From positions 125,989,873 to 126,048,000 of the forward strand of contig CM097884.1 in the NCBI GenBank assembly GCA_044892505.1: a stretch of 58,128 nucleotides of DNA, in the 5' to 3' direction. Numbering within the stretch: the stretch's first letter is position 1; each line of letters opens with the position of its first letter. Shown here piece by piece: positions 54,685 through 58,128 of the stretch. This DNA comes from Schmidtea nova (taxonomy: Eukaryota). Both the position numbers and the translations under genes were made by a program. A model generated the notes under the pieces. It was given only the letters and a program-made list of their open reading frames with translations, was not told the origin of the DNA and ran no database searches.

Positions 54685-55188
54685 TTACAAATAAACTATA
54701 ATTTTTTCATTCACGGTAAAGTTGCACATCGGACACCGGTCACACTTGCTGGCACAGATCTTACAAAAACGGAAATGTCCGCAAGGTAAAAACATAATTT
54801 GTATCTCGTTGTTTTCACATATATAGCACTGTCGGTATTTTTTCGCTGCTTCTACCCCTTGCGCCCTCCATCGATTGTATGTTGGGGTTAATTGTTGTTC
54901 TATTTGTCTGCATCTAATGTTTAGCTCCGCATTCTCTAGTCGTGCTCGGTACCATTTGTAGCGGGTTTTTATGTCGATTTTACTTGTTCTTTCTGTTATC
55001 TTTATTAATTCATCTGTTTCCTCGGTCTGTGTTGTGGGTTCTTGAAATTCAATTTCTCTAAATCGGTTTATTTTCTTGCCAATTGTTGCTAATGTTTCGT
55101 TTTCTGTGTTGAGAAATTCTTCGATTTCCTTCAGTTTTTCCTCCATTTGCTGAATAAATAATCGTTTTAACTTTGTTGTTTTTATCAT
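54685..55188 (-). CDS. 167-aa coiled-coil plus IAP/MDM-type C-terminal RING protein upstream of gag
   Basis: CYICENNEIQIMFLPCGHFRFCKICASKCDRCPMC matches the IAP-type RING pattern; no BIR motif seen. Confidence 0.85.
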   Translation of the reverse strand: MIKTTKLKRLFIQQMEEKLKEIEEFLNTENETLATIGKKINRFREIEFQEPTTQTEETDELIKITERTSKIDIKTRYKWYRARLENAELNIRCRQIEQQLTPTYNRWRAQGVEAAKKYRQCYICENNEIQIMFLPCGHFRFCKICASKCDRCPMCNFTVNEKIIVYL

Positions 55189-55502
55189 TTTTAAAGTAGT
55201 AATATGTCTCGTTTTGTGAATTTAATATTTATTTAAAGTAGTAATATGTTTCGTTTTGTATCTTTTAGCATTTATTTACTCTCCCCGTGTTTCCGAAAAT
55301 TGTCGTCCCGACAAATTGTTTATGCATGCATTCGATTTTTATAACTTTACTTTTATTTGCTGTTGTGTTTGTTGTTTATTTTTGTACATCATTTAGATTT
55401 AATTACCAATTTTCTGTTTCTATTAAATTTATTCACACGACACGAGCACTTTAAACTTCTCTGCAGATTTTTCATTCACCTTTTTCCGATAAAACGAAGT
55501 TG

Positions 55503-55520
55503 ATCCCGGCTGAGCCCCCA
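55503..55520 (-). promoter_or_regulatory. Primer-binding site, tRNA-Pro type
   Basis: TGGGGGCTCAGCCGGGAT lies 6 nt inside the 5' LTR and is a 16/18 match to the classical tRNA-Pro PBS TGGGGGCTCGTCCGGGAT. Confidence 0.85.
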
Positions 55521-55961
55521 AATTTATGCTGGGTTCATGGACGGGTTGGTAAAGAGGCTAATGATGGCTAGGGATCTCCCATCCATGATCATGCATAAAA
55601 TGTCGTAAGTTACACTCGAGCGCCCTTGATTATTTCCCTTGATAACCAAGTTGGTGATGCGCAGGGTGATTAAACAATGAGGGGCAGGTGAGCACTATTG
55701 CTAGGACTACTCCCCCTTTATGTTTACGGGTTCACGCGGCCGTGGAAGGACTTACGCAATTATTGTTCTATTGTGTGTGTGATGTCATGTAATTATCAAA
55801 AACAAAATTTAAGCACAACGAAACTACTAATACGATAATACTTAAGCTACTCCTTTCGTTGTGTGACGGGTAATTTAAATTTAATTAAATGAATTAGGTA
55901 ATTGAAGGAAAACATCAGAAATAACAACAACAAAACAAAACGAGTAAAAATTTAATTGAGT

Positions 55962-56569
55962 TCAAATTCTGACATCGTATTTTATTTGTAATATAAATTC
56001 TTTGAATATTCCTTCAGGAGGGAACATCTCTGCTAACCACTCGGCTTCCGACATTTCTGCCATCGTGGTTACTTGTGTCCGCAATTGCTGGGAAAACAGC
56101 TTCCTTTGGCGACGGCGCTTGGAGCCGATTCGTTTTCGCTTATTCGGTTTTCCGGCGGGAGTTGGTGCAGTGGTGGTTTCCCCCCGACTCTGCGTCGTTG
56201 TTGCCTCGAGTCCATCGGTGTCTGTACTGATTGAGCAGGCCACTTTCCGTTCTCCTACCCAATTCTGGTAAGTAATGGGTCGGATTTGTGCTTTTAATTC
56301 GGACTCGATAAACGAAGTCGTCACCGAATGGAGGCATCGGCGCAACTCAATTTTTGTTGCTTCCCATTCGGTGCGATAATCGTCAGCTGTCCTTTGAGCC
56401 CTTTCTGTCCGACTCATCTGCTCCTTCATGCGAGCTGGTGCGAACCAGCTGGTCCGTAAATGCTGAATCTGAGCTTCTGCTTTGGCTCGTAAGGCTTTTT
56501 CTTGGTTTAGCTCCTTTTCCAATGCTCGGCGGGTTCTCCACGCCTTGTCCAATTCTCGCTGTTGGCTAG
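55962..56569 (-). CDS. LTR-encoded ORF B, 5' LTR copy
   Basis: Identical translation to the 3' LTR copy. Confidence 0.55.
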
Positions 56570-56769
56570 TTTCCGTCATACTAAATAACAAACCCAATTT
56601 ATAATGCATCAAACATGTTACCAAGATTAATATTATCCGTCGAAGGTAAAAAATCACATGATTAAATAAATAGAAATAATTTTAACTAAGGAAAATCAAA
56701 AAAAAAACACGGATCAACACCATTTAATTTATTGAAATCATTTAGTTTATAAAAATGTGAATATAATGT

Positions 56770-57270
56770 TTAGTGGAAAACACTTCGCTTGAGGCCGTGA
56801 ACGGGAGTAATATGCAACCCGTGATTGACTGGATTTCTTCGGATGTGAGCCATCGAACAGTTTAGTTTGGGGCGTCCATGGCACGTTTTCGGTAGGTGAT
56901 TCGGAATCAATCCGAATTTAAGCAACTTGAGCGGTGAGACATATCCCCAATGGATCACTGTCGTTGGATTTCCTTCGCTGTCTGACACCACTATGACGAA
57001 CAGAGCTGTCGTCTCCCGGTCTCTTTCGTCCTGAATTTCCCATCCGGGGCCTCCTCGATATACGATGGTATCCAATCCCCCGGTCCAAATTGAGAATGGA
57101 CATTTCTTTCCTAGTTCCCACCGCCATTTATACATCAACGCATTTAGCGTTCTGAGGAGTTCCTGTGGGAGCGACTTCAATTTCTGCTGTTGCGTCCGGA
57201 TTAGAGGATTTTCGACCCGTGCCGCCTGACGTTGAGTTGTTAGAAATTTATCCAGTATCGTTGCTTTCAT
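56770..57270 (-). CDS. LTR-encoded ORF A, 5' LTR copy
   Basis: One amino-acid difference from the 3' copy (VIHWG vs VIYWG). Confidence 0.5.
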   Translation of the reverse strand: MKATILDKFLTTQRQAARVENPLIRTQQQKLKSLPQELLRTLNALMYKWRWELGKKCPFSIWTGGLDTIVYRGGPGWEIQDERDRETTALFVIVVSDSEGNPTTVIHWGYVSPLKLLKFGLIPNHLPKTCHGRPKLNCSMAHIRRNPVNHGLHITPVHGLKRSVFH

Positions 57271-58128
57271 CTGATAAAAAAAAATATAATGCTAATAAAT
57301 TTTATTGTGACGAATCCGTAAATTTTGGTGGGACCTGATAAAAATGCTCTGCTCGTTGATCAATAACACAAAAAAAATGTGAAAAGGAGGAATAAAAAAA
57401 ATATTTTCCAAACTAGTCAATTAACACCGTCGCTATGTACAGCGATCGGAATATTAAAATTTTACATATTGTTACCTGCGCTATGTACAGCGATCAGGTT
57501 ACGATTTTACTTGTTTAATCCGTAATGTCGATCCGAACATGTCGTTATTTATGTCTAAATTAAACCATAGTTGAAACATCGAAATCGTCTCGGTGTGTCC
57601 GGACATTATTTCGATTAGTTATGTTGATTCACAAAAATTCGCGTGTAGATGGAAAAAAAAATCGATCTAGTCGACCTGATAATTGATATTGTAGTTTGTT
57701 TTCGCCTATCTGATCGAATATTAATGTTAACCACTGTCTACAAAGTGTCCTTGTCCCTGCACAACTTTACCGTACCGTGAAACTTTCAAAACCAAAAATT
57801 TAAATCAAATAAAGAATACCCATAAAAACTCTGCTCACCATCTTGTGGAACGGTGAAATCCCACATTTACGGCGTACTCCCTCGCAGCGTGAGCTACTGA
57901 GGAAGTGAATATATATGCATAAGTAAAATAAATGAAATAATAAAATCATCAGAATCATTTACGATAAGTTATATTAAATAAAATCATAGGATCAATAAAA
58001 CTTATAATGACAATCAAAATAATTACTTCCACAGGTTTTCCAGATAGCTTTGAATAAATCGTAAAATAAACGCTTTCACAAAGTTCGTGAATTAATGTTT
58101 CTAGACAAAGTCTGTCGACAAAATTAGT

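Larger units (their letters stand above)
29407..58128 (-). mobile_element. Giant (~29 kb) env-bearing Ty3/gypsy (Metaviridae) LTR retroelement / endogenous retrovirus; 5' LTR runs off the window
   Basis: Direct repeats begin TGCTGGG at 29407 and 55527. PBS, gag with 3 CCHC, and PR-RT-RH-IN order with intact catalytic motifs are present. The predicted far end is ~58,538 if the LTR is 3,013 bp. Confidence 0.97.
55527..58128 (-). repeat. 5' LTR (truncated by the window edge)
   Basis: Near-identical to 29407-32009. Differences seen: 2 substitutions and 2 poly-A length changes. Confidence 0.97.

Overview
AT-rich, intron-containing eukaryotic scaffold with seven N-gaps. A planarian/flatworm host is suspected by analogy to known giant planarian retroelements but is not proven. 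Left half (1-29.4 kb): the last exons of a host bestrophin gene, an orphan 191-aa ORF with a degenerate nuclear-receptor zinc-finger signature, and many decayed transposons (hAT, a piggyBac-type MITE, Ty3/gypsy and Penelope-like remnants, long inverted repeats). Right half (29,407 to window end): one very young, ~29-kb Ty3/gypsy retrovirus-like element on the minus strand with ~3-kb near-identical LTRs and a tRNA-Pro-type PBS. In sense order it encodes an IAP-type RING protein, gag, and, after a single in-frame TAA, a 4,962-aa ORF. That ORF carries ubiquitin-like domains, a Bcl-2-like domain, a signal-peptide-bearing chuvirus/Monjiviricetes-like fusion glycoprotein placed UPSTREAM of protease-RT-RNaseH-integrase, ankyrin repeats, and two tandem FN3-like type I membrane proteins. 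Four accessory ORFs follow (including a full-length TRAF), separated by ~80-130-bp spacers that each carry UGUAAAUA and end in AG just before the ATG; three spacers also carry AATAAA. Two further ORFs lie inside the LTR. All domain calls come from motif recognition by eye; no database search was run.
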